This document shows positions 20,194-30,686 of a DNA stretch of 64,000 nt, one piece after another. The translations under genes and the position numbers were made by a program. The notes under the pieces are model-generated. The model was given only the letters and a program-made list of their open reading frames with translations. It made no database searches and was not told the origin of the DNA. The DNA is from an uncultured Acidobacteriota bacterium (GTDB lineage Bacteria > Acidobacteriota > Vicinamibacteria > Vicinamibacterales > 2-12-FULL-66-21). Location of the stretch: assembly GCA_963784195.1 (NCBI GenBank), contig CAWARA010000015.1:166334-230333 (forward strand), given 5' to 3'. Positions within the stretch are counted from its first letter, which is position 1. Every line of letters starts with the position of its first letter.

Positions 20194-20805
20194 ATGAATC
20201 ACGATCAGATATTCCGCGCCGTACTGACAGTTGCCCTGCTGATCTTTCTTCCCATTGGCATCTACCACAGGGTCAAGTCACAGGCGACGCGTGAGAAGCT
20301 CGATCGGAGTCAGGAGGGCGTGTTCATCCTGGCGACGCTTCGTCCGGCTGCCGCCGGGTTCTGGTTCGGAACGTTCGCGTGGATGTTCAATCCGGCCTGG
20401 CTGGCCTGGTCGTCAATGCCATTGCCGGTCTGGCTGCGTTCGGTCGGCGTTGGCATGCTCGCCAGTGGCTTGTGCCTGGCGGTGTGGACCTTTCGCAGCC
20501 TCGGGCCAAACCTGACGGACACGGTCGTCACGCGGAAGCAACACACCCTGGTCTTACACGGGCCCTATCAGTGGATCCGGCATCCCTTCTACGTCTCCGG
20601 CGCGTTGCTCGCGTTGTCGATTTCCTTGATGGCGGCGAACTGGTTCCTGCTCGTGACCGGAGTCGTGCTGATCGGCCTGCTGGTGATCCGTACGAGGGTT
20701 GAAGAGGAGAATCTGGTCGCGCGGTTTGGGGATGGCTACCGTGGGTACATGGAGCGCACCGGCCGATTCTTCCCCAGAAGTCTGGCAAACCGGCGCGGTG
20801 CGTGA
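20194..20805 (+). CDS. Isoprenylcysteine carboxylmethyltransferase (ICMT/PEMT)-family membrane protein
   Basis: LVLHGPYQWIRHPFY, EEENLVARFGDGYRGY. Confidence 0.88.
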   Translation: MNHDQIFRAVLTVALLIFLPIGIYHRVKSQATREKLDRSQEGVFILATLRPAAAGFWFGTFAWMFNPAWLAWSSMPLPVWLRSVGVGMLASGLCLAVWTFRSLGPNLTDTVVTRKQHTLVLHGPYQWIRHPFYVSGALLALSISLMAANWFLLVTGVVLIGLLVIRTRVEEENLVARFGDGYRGYMERTGRFFPRSLANRRGA

Positions 20806-20807
20806 CG

Positions 20808-23800
20808 TTAGTGCCCGAACCAGCGTCCAGTCGACCGCTCTTCGACCGTGCGGGGTGACGGCGCCTGGGGCTCCGCAAGGCCATCGGACACGCGCTGCGG
20901 CAGATGGATCTTGAGCACCATGTTCCCCGACGGTTCCGCGGCCATCCACAAGTGGCCGCCGCAGTCGCCGACGAGTTCGAGCAGCACTCCGACATCCACG
21001 CCTGGCTTCGCGGTTGACGGCTGACCGCCGTCGGCGCCGGCAGGCTCGTTCCGGTGGCCGTTCGGCCAATGTGACGCTTTCTGGCTGTGCTCCTCGGTGA
21101 CGGTGATCAGCGCGTGCGCGCCGGGACGCACGTTCGGATACTTCGCCATGAACTTGCCATCCACCGTCACCCTCGTCAGATCGATCTTCAGGCGCCCGCC
21201 GTGTGGCATGCGTTGACGGGCGTATCCAGCAATGTTCACCAGGATCCGTTCGAGACGCTCGGCTCCGACGTCGACGTTGAGCGGGCGAGCGGTCTTCGGC
21301 AGGACGAACGTGATCTCGTCGCCGGCGACACGTTTGAGTACGGGCTCCAGCCCGCGCAACACCTCGGTCACGTTCACCGGCTCGAGGGCGCTCGTCTGCT
21401 GCTCGCCGTAGACGGCAATCTGTTGCAGGAAACTCGCCGCGCGCGTGACCTCGCCCAGCAGCAGCTCACCACGCTGCCGCAGCGCCGAGTCGCTGCCGAT
21501 GGCATCCAGCCACTGATGGCCATCTTCACTCACGTCGCGAAGCAGGTGGTTGCACGTCACGGCCACTTCCGATGCGAGCCGTCCTACGGCTTCCATCCGC
21601 TGCGCCTGACCGAGCTTTTCCTCCGTCGTCCTGAGATCGGTGATGTCTTCGACGATCATCTCGACCGATTCGGCGGGCGCGGCGAACGCCAGCAGGCGGA
21701 TGATGCGGCCCCGCCCGTCCTTTCTCTTCCACGTCGTTTCGACAGTTTCTTTTGCGTCAGTGCTCAGGCATCGCTCGATCAGCCAGCGCAGATCGTCGGC
21801 TGACGGGAATACCCCCGTCGCGAAATCGGTGGACCGGAGCTCGTCGGCCGTTCGGTAGCCGAGCAGACGCAAGAGCGCGCGATTGACGCGGACGATGGAG
21901 CCATCGCGAGTTACACGGCAGATGCCGTAGGGCGAGTGTTCGAGCAGCCGGCGAATTTCCGCGCGGCTCTCGTCGAGCTGGGTCTGCAGATGCGGCAATC
22001 GGTCGGCCTTGGCCCGCAGCGCGTCGCGATCCTTCGTCGTGATCTCCAACTCGCGCTTGAGATTCTTGATGTCCGATTGCAGCGTCCCGGCCTCGGCCTT
22101 GCCGGCTTCGACTGCCGCGTGGAGTTTGCTCTCGATCTCCGCGAGCGCTTCTCTAGCCGCCTGCTCCGACGCCCGGTGACGATCGGTCAATTGCTGAAGC
22201 TGGGCATCGCGGTCGGTCAGCAGGGTGCTGAGCCGGCCCACTTCCGCGAAGTGTTCACTGGCCACACGCGTGATGGCCTGATGGTCCTCGCGGACTTCGT
22301 CCAGCGTTCGCTGCAACGCGGCGTACTCGGCAGCCTGTTTGAGTCGGTCGATTTCGGCAGCCGTTCGTTCGTGGCCGCGGCCGTCTCGCTCTTCGGCCAA
22401 AGCAGTGTCGAGCTGCTGAACCTGATCGTGCGCAGTCTTGAGCGTCTGCTGCAGCGAATCCCGTTCGAGGCCGAGCCGCCCGAGGGCCTGCCGGGTATTC
22501 GTGAGGTCCTGCTCGGCAACTTTCTTCGCCTCGATCTCCAGAGCGATCTGCGCCTCGAGCTCGCTCTGACGAAGCGAGGCGGCTGTACGCTCGTCCCCTG
22601 CGAGCTCCTCGATGAGCTGACGCGCGGCCTCGGTATCGGCAAGCCGCCGTTCGAGTGTCGTCCGGGTCTCGGCGGCCTCTGCGAGCATCGTCCCGAGCTC
22701 TGACTCGCGTCGCGCGAGATGCGCACTCGCCGCCTCGGCCTGTGCGGCGCGCTCTTGCTCGACCCGCTCCAGCGTTGCAGCCGTGGTGCGAAGCTGTTGT
22801 TCGACGGCGTCGCGCGCGGCGATGGCCTGAAGCAGTCGCGCGGCGTACTCGGCCTGGCTCTCGGCAAGCTGGGCTTCGGCGATGCTCAGTTCGGACTTGT
22901 GGCGCTCGTCCGCATCGCGGTGCGCCGCCTCCGCGGCTGCGAGGTTCTGCTCGAGCGCGGAGCGCATGGCCGCCGCTTGATCGAGCTGAGCTTCGAGCTC
23001 CGTCTGGCGCTGCGAGGCGGCCGCGCGCTCAGCCGATCCACGCTCCTCCGAGATTCGGTGCGCGTCTTCAGCCTCCGCGAGCCTTCGTTCCAGCGCGGTC
23101 CGGATCTCGGCGGCTTCCGCAATCGTCGTGCGCAGCTCTGTTTCGCGCTGCGCAAGATGGCGGGCTGCGGCCGCGGACTCCTCGGCGTGCTCCAGACGTG
23201 CCTGCTCGAGCGCCGCCTCTCGATCTCTGAGCTGCTGCTCGAGCGCCAGTCGCGTGCTCGCTGCCAGCTCGAGCCGAACCTCGAGGTCCCCGTGACGTTG
23301 CGCAGCCGCTGCCAGTTCGAGGGTTGCGCGTTCGTCGCCGGCCTGACGCGCCGCTTCGCTCTCGGCAAGCCGTTGTTCGAGGGTGGTCCGCGTGTCGGCG
23401 GCCTCGGTGAGCAGTCCGCCCAGCTCCGTTTCGCGACGCGCGAGGTGCCGGGCAGCCGCCGCCGATTCTTCTGTGCGTTCGTTCTGGGCTCGTTCGTAGG
23501 CCGCCTGAATGTCACGGAGCTGCTGTTCGAGCCCTGCACGCGTGTCGGCACTCTGAGCGAGTTGAGCCTCGAGGTCCGACTCACGCCGTGAGGCGGCCGC
23601 CAGTTCGACCATCGCTCGCTCGTCGGCGCGCTCACGCGCGGCCTCGACGTCTCCAAGCCGGCGTTCGAGGTCTGCCCGGGTCGTCGCAGCATCGGCCGCG
23701 TCTTGCGCACGTTCCTGCGCGGCGCGCTCGAGTGCCATCGCGCCGTCTCGCACCTGTTGCTCGAGCGCTTCCCGAGCGGCCGCGGCTTGTAACGCTGCGG

Positions 23801-25172
23801 CGTCGTGCTCTTCCTGCCGTTCCGCAAGCCGGGACGCTGCGGTCTTCAGCTCGGACGTGAACCGTTCGATGGCGTCCTGGTGCGCTGCTTCCAGATTCGC
23901 GAGCTTCTGCTCGAGGGTTGATCGGGTGGCCGCCGCTTGCGCGAGCAGCCCCTCGAGTTCCTCTTGACGACGCGCAGCGGCAGCGCGATCCGCCGAGCCG
24001 CGCTCGTCGGCGAGTTGTCTGGCCGCCTCGGCGTCGGCAAGCTGGCGTTCCAGCGATGTCCTCGCATCGCTGGCTTCAGCCAGCATTGCCGCGAGTTCCT
24101 GTTCACGGCGGGCGAGGTGGTCGGCTGCGGCTGCTGCCTCGGCGGAGCGCAGTTGCCGGATCTCTTCGAGGGTGGCGGCCGTATTGCTGAGCTTCTGGGC
24201 GAGCGAGTCACGGGCGCGCGTGACTTCGGCGATGGCGGCCGAGTATTCGGCCTTGCGGCGAGCCAGGTCGCTGGCGGCCAGAGCCGCTTCCGACTCGCGC
24301 TGTTCCTCGGAGCGTTCGAGCGCGGCGTGCGATTCTGCGAGTTTCTGTTCGAGGGCGTCACGCGCCGCATCGGCGGCTGCCAACCCAGCGTCGAAATGGG
24401 ACTGACGCTCGGCGAGGTCCTTGGCAGCCGACCGCAACTCCGTCGAGTGCCGCTCTTCGAGGGCACGCCGGGCCGCCTCCGCCTCGGCAAGCTTCCGTTC
24501 GAGGATTTCCCGTGTGGATGCCTCCCGGAGGAGACGGGCTTCAAGTCCCGCCTGAAGATCGATGGCAGCCGCCTGCTCAATCGACGCCTGCCGTTCGGCC
24601 TGCTGGCGGGCGGCTTCGACGACGGTCACCCTGAACTCGAGGGCGCTTCGAATCGCGACGGATTCGTCCAGCGCCGTCCCCAGTTCCGCTTCGCGCTGCC
24701 GGAGCTTTTCGGCCGCGGCCGCGGCGTCCGCCGCGCGCTCCTGGCGCAAGAGTTCCAGCGCCCGTTCGGCGTCACGAAGCTTCTGGGCGACCGTGTCGCG
24801 ATTCTGCGCCCGCTGAAGACCCCGGCGGACGACGTCCGGCAGGTCCGCGAGCAGCGACTGGCTGCTGACGACGTAGTCGTCTGGCCCCGTTCCGAGCATC
24901 GCGGGAGGCGCGCCGTCACGTTCCGCCGTGACGGCAAAGACCGGAGCGGTCAGCCCCTGGTCGCGAAGGCGGCCGACGAACGCCGCGCAGGCCGGGTCGT
25001 CGACGTCGGCTTCGAAGATCAGGGCGGCGATGTCCCGGTTGCCCTCCGCCCAGGCCATTGCGGCGGACTGGGATCCGGCCCACGAAACCTTGACATCGTG
25101 TGCAATATTGCGAAGAGCGTAGGCGGCAAGCTCCGCGGCACGACGGTCGGTGGCAACGTAGAGGATTTTCAT
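20808..25172 (-). CDS. Giant coiled-coil protein: pseudo-receiver, ~950-aa coiled coil, PAS, degenerate histidine-kinase module
   Basis: MKILYV REC-like start; A/E/R/L-rich repeats; PAS (VNRALLRLLGY…WKRKDG…EDITD); AQRMEAVGRLA H-box lacking His. Confidence 0.85.
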   Translation of the reverse strand: MKILYVATDRRAAELAAYALRNIAHDVKVSWAGSQSAAMAWAEGNRDIAALIFEADVDDPACAAFVGRLRDQGLTAPVFAVTAERDGAPPAMLGTGPDDYVVSSQSLLADLPDVVRRGLQRAQNRDTVAQKLRDAERALELLRQERAADAAAAAEKLRQREAELGTALDESVAIRSALEFRVTVVEAARQQAERQASIEQAAAIDLQAGLEARLLREASTREILERKLAEAEAARRALEERHSTELRSAAKDLAERQSHFDAGLAAADAARDALEQKLAESHAALERSEEQRESEAALAASDLARRKAEYSAAIAEVTRARDSLAQKLSNTAATLEEIRQLRSAEAAAAADHLARREQELAAMLAEASDARTSLERQLADAEAARQLADERGSADRAAAARRQEELEGLLAQAAATRSTLEQKLANLEAAHQDAIERFTSELKTAASRLAERQEEHDAAALQAAAAREALEQQVRDGAMALERAAQERAQDAADAATTRADLERRLGDVEAARERADERAMVELAAASRRESDLEAQLAQSADTRAGLEQQLRDIQAAYERAQNERTEESAAAARHLARRETELGGLLTEAADTRTTLEQRLAESEAARQAGDERATLELAAAAQRHGDLEVRLELAASTRLALEQQLRDREAALEQARLEHAEESAAAARHLAQRETELRTTIAEAAEIRTALERRLAEAEDAHRISEERGSAERAAASQRQTELEAQLDQAAAMRSALEQNLAAAEAAHRDADERHKSELSIAEAQLAESQAEYAARLLQAIAARDAVEQQLRTTAATLERVEQERAAQAEAASAHLARRESELGTMLAEAAETRTTLERRLADTEAARQLIEELAGDERTAASLRQSELEAQIALEIEAKKVAEQDLTNTRQALGRLGLERDSLQQTLKTAHDQVQQLDTALAEERDGRGHERTAAEIDRLKQAAEYAALQRTLDEVREDHQAITRVASEHFAEVGRLSTLLTDRDAQLQQLTDRHRASEQAAREALAEIESKLHAAVEAGKAEAGTLQSDIKNLKRELEITTKDRDALRAKADRLPHLQTQLDESRAEIRRLLEHSPYGICRVTRDGSIVRVNRALLRLLGYRTADELRSTDFATGVFPSADDLRWLIERCLSTDAKETVETTWKRKDGRGRIIRLLAFAAPAESVEMIVEDITDLRTTEEKLGQAQRMEAVGRLASEVAVTCNHLLRDVSEDGHQWLDAIGSDSALRQRGELLLGEVTRAASFLQQIAVYGEQQTSALEPVNVTEVLRGLEPVLKRVAGDEITFVLPKTARPLNVDVGAERLERILVNIAGYARQRMPHGGRLKIDLTRVTVDGKFMAKYPNVRPGAHALITVTEEHSQKASHWPNGHRNEPAGADGGQPSTAKPGVDVGVLLELVGDCGGHLWMAAEPSGNMVLKIHLPQRVSDGLAEPQAPSPRTVEERSTGRWFGH

Positions 25173-25255
25173 GCAGCCTGAAACGAGGGGAGTCTCCCGT
25201 ACTTCTATCGGACGGAGTAAGGATAGCTGCAATTCTGGCGGTGGAGGCTGCGTTA

Positions 25256-25279
25256 TCGGGGCTCGGGACTCGGGACTCG
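25256..25279. repeat. TCGGGAC heptamer array
   Basis: TCGGGGC TCGGGAC TCGGGAC TCG; similar array at 35625-35650. Confidence 0.7.
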
Positions 25280-25288
25280 TCCGGAAAT

Positions 25289-25313
25289 GTAGCGTCCGGC
25301 TTTAGCCGGACCT
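25289..25313 (+). repeat. GTAG-type REP-like hairpin
   Basis: GTAG-C-GTCCGGCT-TT-AGCCGGAC-CT. Confidence 0.85.
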
Positions 25314-25395
25314 CCGTCCGGGCTCGTGGACTGCCGCCAGGCTGTAGCCGGGACCCCGCGTCAGGTCGATTCTGAACGGTCGCAAGGAGGGCACC

Positions 25396-26203
25396 ATGCC
25401 TGAAACAGTGGATTTGTACAACAACGTCTACGCCGACTTCGCAAGCCGCGCAGAAGCTGCGGTGCGGCATGATGCCTTCGGCGAGGACATCGGGCAGAGC
25501 AGCTGGCTCACCGCGACAGAGTGGCTTCGATTCGCCGATCAGGCACAGGTGCGTGAGGACAGCCATGTGCTGGAAGTCGGGAGCGGCTCCGGCGGTCCGG
25601 CGGTCTACCTGGCGACGAAACGCGGTTGCCATGTGACTGGGGTCGATATCAACGAGAACGGGGTCAAAAACGGGACCCGTCTCGCCGAGCTGCAGGGGGT
25701 TGGCGACCGCGTGACCTTTCAGGTCGTGGACGCCAGCCGGCCCCTGCCATTTCCCCGCGCGTCGTTCGACGCGGTGCTCTCGAATGACGCGATGTGCCAC
25801 ATCTCGAACCGCCAGGAGGTCCTCGAGGACTGGCTCCGCGTGCTCCGGCCGGGCTGGCCGGATGTTGTTCACGGACGCGATGATCGTGACCGGCCTGGTG
25901 TCCCAGGAGGAACTGGCGATCCGCAGTTCCATTGGTTTCTACCTGTTCGTCCCGCCCGGAGAGAACGAGCGCCTGATTACACGCGCCGGGTTCACCCTGC
26001 TCTCCGCCGAGGACCTGACATGGTCGGCCGAGACGATTGCGAAACGTTGGCACGACGCGCGCGAGCGGCATCGAGACGAACTGGTCTCGCGCGAGGGTGA
26101 GGCGAACTTCTCCGGCCTGCAGCGTTTTCTCATGATGGTCCACAGACTCTCGGCGGAGCGCCGGCTCTCCAGGTTCGGTTACCTGGCGGAGAAGACGGCG
26201 TGA
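25396..26203 (+). CDS. Class I SAM-dependent methyltransferase (+1 frameshift near 25855)
   Basis: AAGGAGG SD; VLEVGSGSGG; VLRPG/GRMLFTD continuity across frames. Confidence 0.85.
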
Positions 26204-26277
26204 CCTGGAGATCCCGCTTGCGGCACTTTGTCTTGTCGAGAGAATCGTCGCCTGTCGCGTAGTGAATCGCGGCGAAT

Positions 26278-27645
26278 TTACTTCACGGAGATTCGATAGA
26301 GGGACTTTCTCCCCCGGAGATAGAGCTCGTCACCCACGATCGCGGGCGACGCATCGAATCCGTCGTCAAGACGATTGACGGCGACCGTTTCAGGCGTCCT
26401 GCCGTGCTTCAAGACGACAACGGCGCCGTCGCGGCTGGCGATGTAGATGCGGCCGGCGGCGGCGACGGGGGAGGCGTAAAGATCCGGGACGTCGGAAAGA
26501 CGCGACGGCCCGAATTGCGTCTCGCCCGTCCGCGCGTCGAGCACGGTCATGATGCCGCTCAAGTGCTTGAACAGATACAACGAGCCTTGATACAGCAGCG
26601 GCGATGCGACGTACGGCGTATCGCGATCCCGACGCCACAACAACCCCGCGCCCTCAGCGATCGTTCCCTGCGCTTTGGCCAGATCCACGGCGAGGAGTGC
26701 GCTACCCGAAAACCCACTCGTCAGGTAGGCGATGCCGTCGCCGAAAACGGGAGAGGGGATGGAGTTGAAGGTCAGCCCAGGTCCTTGCCAGAGGACTTCG
26801 CCTGACTCGAGGTCGTATCCGCGGATGTTCTTGGTGCCGTTGGTGATGATTTGCGTGCGCGATCCCACTGGCACGATGAGTGGCGTTGCCCAGGTCGTCG
26901 GCTCGTCGCGCTCGCGCCGCCACAGTTCCTTGCCCGTCTCCTTGTCCAGGACGGCGAGGAAGGACGTCCCTTCGTGGTCCCAGGTGACGATCACGCGATT
27001 CTGATAGAGCGCCGGCGACGCGCCCTCGCCCCACCCGTTGCGCGTGTCCATCTCTCCGAAGTCTTTCTCCCACACGACGTCGCCCTTCATCGTCAACGCG
27101 TAGAGTCCGCGCGACCCGAAAAACGCAATGATGTGCGTGCCATCGGTGGATGGCGAGGCGGACGCGTACGTATTCGTCGGATGGCGGCCTTCTTTCGGCT
27201 GCTCGGTCCGCAGTGTCTTGCTCCACCGCAGGCTGCCCGTCGCGCGATCGATAGCGAGCACCTGGAATACCTGGTCCTGCTTCGACTGGACGTAGGCCTG
27301 CCCGTTGTACACGCTCTCGCCGGTGCGCTGGAAATCGACGGTGAAGTTCTGCTGCGTGGGTTTCAGATCGCCGGTTGCGACGGCGGTCTGCAGATAGATC
27401 GTGTCGCCCCAGATGATCGGCGTCGATGCGCCGCTTCCCGGTATGGGCACTTTCCAGCGAACGTTCTCGGTCTCGCTCCACCTCGTCGGCGGATCGCCGG
27501 TCGGGGCAACGCCAGAGGCGAGCGGGCCACGCCACTGAGGCCAGGACGGCGTCACCGTCTGCTCGGCGTCAAGGCCGGTCGGCCCTCGCAGACCCGCCGT
27601 GAGCATGACCAGTGAAAAGCCGGCGAGAACAAGTGTCTTCGACAT
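26278..27645 (-). CDS. Exported PQQ-like beta-propeller repeat protein
   Basis: Signal peptide; WPQWRGP; repeated ASP…G…W blades. Confidence 0.88.
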   Translation of the reverse strand: MSKTLVLAGFSLVMLTAGLRGPTGLDAEQTVTPSWPQWRGPLASGVAPTGDPPTRWSETENVRWKVPIPGSGASTPIIWGDTIYLQTAVATGDLKPTQQNFTVDFQRTGESVYNGQAYVQSKQDQVFQVLAIDRATGSLRWSKTLRTEQPKEGRHPTNTYASASPSTDGTHIIAFFGSRGLYALTMKGDVVWEKDFGEMDTRNGWGEGASPALYQNRVIVTWDHEGTSFLAVLDKETGKELWRRERDEPTTWATPLIVPVGSRTQIITNGTKNIRGYDLESGEVLWQGPGLTFNSIPSPVFGDGIAYLTSGFSGSALLAVDLAKAQGTIAEGAGLLWRRDRDTPYVASPLLYQGSLYLFKHLSGIMTVLDARTGETQFGPSRLSDVPDLYASPVAAAGRIYIASRDGAVVVLKHGRTPETVAVNRLDDGFDASPAIVGDELYLRGRKSLYRISVK

Positions 27646-27809
27646 GCGCGCTCGCATCTTACTGGCCGATTCTCTCAGCTGCAACGTAGAAGCCTTGCAT
27701 GTCTGCCCCGATGCGATGCCGGGCTGCTTTCACGATACGATGCTGTCGGTTTCGAGCCAGGATGCCCTTCTCCTTTTCAAGAAGACAGGCAGCCGCATTC
27801 GGAGGCGTC

Positions 27810-28265
27810 GTGAAACGTCCATCTCGAAAAACCAAATCGCAGGGCACACGCGATGTGGACGCCTATCTGGCTACGGTGCCGCCCGAGGAACGTAGGGCGC
27901 TCCAGAAACTCCGAACCGCCATCGCGGCGGCGGCGCCGCGTGCGGAGGAGGGCTTCAGTTATGGGCTGCCGGCCTTCAGGCTCGACGGACGGCCGCTAGT
28001 CTGTTACCGGGCCGCAGCGAAACACTGCAGTTTCTTTCCCATGAGCCCCGCGGTGATCCGCGCCCACTCCTCGGATCTGGAAGGCTACGATACGGCGAAA
28101 GGCACGATCCGGTTTCAGGCGGAGAAGCCCTTGCCGGTTGCGCTCGTGCGCAAGCTCGTCCTGGCTCGCGTGGCCGAACTCGAGCAGCCCCGAGCACGGT
28201 CCCGCGCGCGCCCGCAGCCGACGAAGTCCCGGCGATCGACAGGGAGGAAACCTGACAGGACCTGA
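27810..28265 (+). CDS. DUF1801 (YdhG-like) protein
   Basis: GGAGG SD; VDAYLA…LQKLR…SYGLPAF…KGTIRF. Confidence 0.85.
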   Translation: MKRPSRKTKSQGTRDVDAYLATVPPEERRALQKLRTAIAAAAPRAEEGFSYGLPAFRLDGRPLVCYRAAAKHCSFFPMSPAVIRAHSSDLEGYDTAKGTIRFQAEKPLPVALVRKLVLARVAELEQPRARSRARPQPTKSRRSTGRKPDRT

Positions 28266-28269
28266 TGCA

Positions 28270-28452
28270 ATGAAAGCCTATCTACTGACTACCGGTGTGC
28301 TCTTTGGACTCATTGCCATCGCGCACATTCTGCGGATGATCGTCGAATGGCCACGTCTGGCGACCGACCCGTGGTATCTCCTCCTGACGCTCCTGGCAGC
28401 AGCCCTTTGTGTGTGGGCGTGGCGTCTGCTTCGACAGTCGTCTCCATCGTGA
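28270..28452 (+). CDS. Small two-TM membrane protein (60 aa)
   Basis: MKAYLLTTGVLFGLIAIAHILR…WAWRLL; fills the gap between co-oriented genes. Confidence 0.75.
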   Translation: MKAYLLTTGVLFGLIAIAHILRMIVEWPRLATDPWYLLLTLLAAALCVWAWRLLRQSSPS

Positions 28453-28464
28453 AGACGAGCGAAC

Positions 28465-28941
28465 ATGTTCCTTCTTGCGCGGGCGCTGACCTATGCGACG
28501 TTGTTTGTCGGGTTCGTGCTGGTGTTCCTGCCCGCCAGGGTTCTGAACGCCGCCGGGGTCAGGTGGCCGGACACATTTGGCGTCTGGCAAGTGGCGGGCA
28601 TGGTGCTGGGGATCGCTGGCGCGGCGGTTGCGGTCTCGTGCATTCTCACGTTCGTGTTCGTCGGGCGCGGAACTCCCGCACCGTTCGATCCGCCCCGCCG
28701 CCTCGTCGCTCAGGGGCCGTATCGCTTCGTGCGGAACCCGATGTACATAGGCGCGGCAGCTGCCGTTCTCGGCGCGGCGGTCTTCTATCGATCGCTGGCC
28801 CTTTTCGGCTACGTCGTGGCGTTCCTGCTGGTGATGCACGTGTTCGTTCGCGTGTTCGAAGAGCCAACGCTGCGTCGAATGTTCGGGGAAGAATACGACC
28901 GCTATTGCCAGCACGTCGGACGCTGGTGGCCGCACAGGTGA
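28465..28941 (+). CDS. ICMT/PEMT-family membrane protein
   Basis: GRGTPAPFDPPRRLVAQGPYRFVRNPMY, EEPTLRRMFGEEY. Confidence 0.88.
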   Translation: MFLLARALTYATLFVGFVLVFLPARVLNAAGVRWPDTFGVWQVAGMVLGIAGAAVAVSCILTFVFVGRGTPAPFDPPRRLVAQGPYRFVRNPMYIGAAAAVLGAAVFYRSLALFGYVVAFLLVMHVFVRVFEEPTLRRMFGEEYDRYCQHVGRWWPHR

Positions 28942-28963
28942 TGTTCACTTAGAGGGTGGATGA

Positions 28964-30658
28964 ATGGACAGAATCTCACGAGCGGAGTTCCTCGGCTTCG
29001 GTGCCCTGCTGGGCGGCGCGGCTTTCAGGCTGCGAGGCGGGACGACGGACGAACCGCAGCAGACCGCTGCGACGCTGACGACAGAGCCCGACGTCGTCGT
29101 CTTCAATGCCCGCGTCTACACCAGCGAGACAGCGCAGCCAAGGGCTGAAGCCATCGCCATCAAGCAGGGCAGGTTTGTTGCTGTCGGCAGCACTACCGAT
29201 GTCAAGAATCTCGCGAGTCGCGCGACTCAGGTCATCGATGGCGCAGGGATGACAGTCCTGCCCGGTTTCATCGACACCCACTGTCACCCGAGTGGCGTCA
29301 ACGAGCTTTACAGCGTCAACGCCAACGTCCGTACGGTGAAAGAACTGCAGGCTGCGTTACGCAAAAAGGCTGCGGATACGCCTCCCGGCTTCTGGATCGA
29401 AGCCTACATGTTCGACGACACCAAACTGGACGTCTCGCTGCATCGCAAGCATCTCGACGAAGCCGTATCGGATCATCCGGTCGAAGTGAACCATCGTGGC
29501 GGTCATACGAGCTTTTACAACAGCAAGGCGCTCGAACTGGCCGGCGTTACTCGGCAGACCCCCGATCCGGAGCATGGCCGGTTCTTTCGTGATGAGTCAG
29601 GTGAACCCAACGGCCGCGTCGCGGAGCTTGCTCGTGGGGTGTTCGGCCGCGTAGGAAAGAGGGAGGAGTTCACTCCAGAGCAGTCGCGCGAACGGGCGAA
29701 GAACGGGATGATGCACATCTCGTCACTGCTGACCGCCGCGGGCTTGACGTCCGTGCACGACGCCGGCGCCGGCCGCGCGCGTGTGCAGGCGTACGAGGAT
29801 GCCTATCGCGCGGGCGGGCTGCGTCACCGCGCCTACATGATGATCCGCGGCCGCGACGTCGTGAACGGCCTGAAGGCAGCCGGCATCGGTACCGGGTTTG
29901 GCAACGAGTGGATCCGGATTGGCGGCCTCAAGTACGCGGCCGATGGATCAGCCTCGGAACGGACGATGCGGATGACGACGCCGTATGTGGGAACGGATGA
30001 TTACGGCATCCTGACGATGACGCAGCAGGCGCTCGACGAAGCCGTCGAGGACGGGCACCGGAACAACTTCCAGGTCGGTGTTCACGCGAACGGCGATGTC
30101 GCCATCGACATGGTGCTCAAGTCGTACGAAAAAGTGCTCCAGCGATGGCCAGACCCGAATCGCCGCCACCGCATCGAACACTGCACGCTCGTCAACCCGG
30201 ATCTCTTGCGGCGCATCAAGGCGTGCGGCTGCATTCCGACGCCGTTCTGGACCTACGTCTTCTATCACGGTGAGAAGTGGGCGCAATATGGCGACGACAA
30301 GCTGCGCTGGATGTTTGCGCATCGTTCGTTCATCGACGAGGGCATCGTCGTGCCCGGCGCGTCCGACTACGGCCCGGGGCCTTTCGAACCGCTGATGGCC
30401 ATCCAGAGCATGGTCACGCGGCGGGACTACCGCGGACGCGAGTGGGGCCCGAACCAGAAGATCACCGTGGACGAGGCAATCCGCGTCGCGACGATCAACG
30501 GCGCGTATGCGTCATCGGAGGAGAGCCTCAAGGGCTCGATCAAAGCTGGCAAGCTCGCGGACTTCGTAATGCTGGAGAAGGACCCGCACGACGTCGATCC
30601 CAACCAGATCAAGGACATCAAAGTCATAAGGACTGTGGTCGGCGGGAAGACGATGTAG
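28964..30658 (+). CDS. Amidohydrolase 3 (YtcJ-like), probably exported
   Basis: PGFIDTHCH, HANGD, RIEHC, ASD, GSIKAGKLADFV; Tat-like ISRAEFLG. Confidence 0.9.
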   Translation: MDRISRAEFLGFGALLGGAAFRLRGGTTDEPQQTAATLTTEPDVVVFNARVYTSETAQPRAEAIAIKQGRFVAVGSTTDVKNLASRATQVIDGAGMTVLPGFIDTHCHPSGVNELYSVNANVRTVKELQAALRKKAADTPPGFWIEAYMFDDTKLDVSLHRKHLDEAVSDHPVEVNHRGGHTSFYNSKALELAGVTRQTPDPEHGRFFRDESGEPNGRVAELARGVFGRVGKREEFTPEQSRERAKNGMMHISSLLTAAGLTSVHDAGAGRARVQAYEDAYRAGGLRHRAYMMIRGRDVVNGLKAAGIGTGFGNEWIRIGGLKYAADGSASERTMRMTTPYVGTDDYGILTMTQQALDEAVEDGHRNNFQVGVHANGDVAIDMVLKSYEKVLQRWPDPNRRHRIEHCTLVNPDLLRRIKACGCIPTPFWTYVFYHGEKWAQYGDDKLRWMFAHRSFIDEGIVVPGASDYGPGPFEPLMAIQSMVTRRDYRGREWGPNQKITVDEAIRVATINGAYASSEESLKGSIKAGKLADFVMLEKDPHDVDPNQIKDIKVIRTVVGGKTM

Positions 30659-30661
30659 TGC

Positions 30662-30686
30662 GTAGTGTCCGGCTTTAGCCGGACCT
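30662..30686 (+). repeat. GTAG-type REP-like hairpin
   Basis: GTAG-T-GTCCGGCT-TT-AGCCGGAC-CT, 3 nt after a stop codon. Confidence 0.85.

Noticed and set aside
20808..25172. SMC protein or phage tape-measure protein
   Set aside because: No Walker motifs, hinge or phage genes; termini are REC-, PAS- and kinase-like
21087..25181. Long + strand ORFs opposite the coiled-coil gene, and similar antisense ORFs elsewhere
   Set aside because: Shadow ORFs typical of high-GC DNA; no motifs
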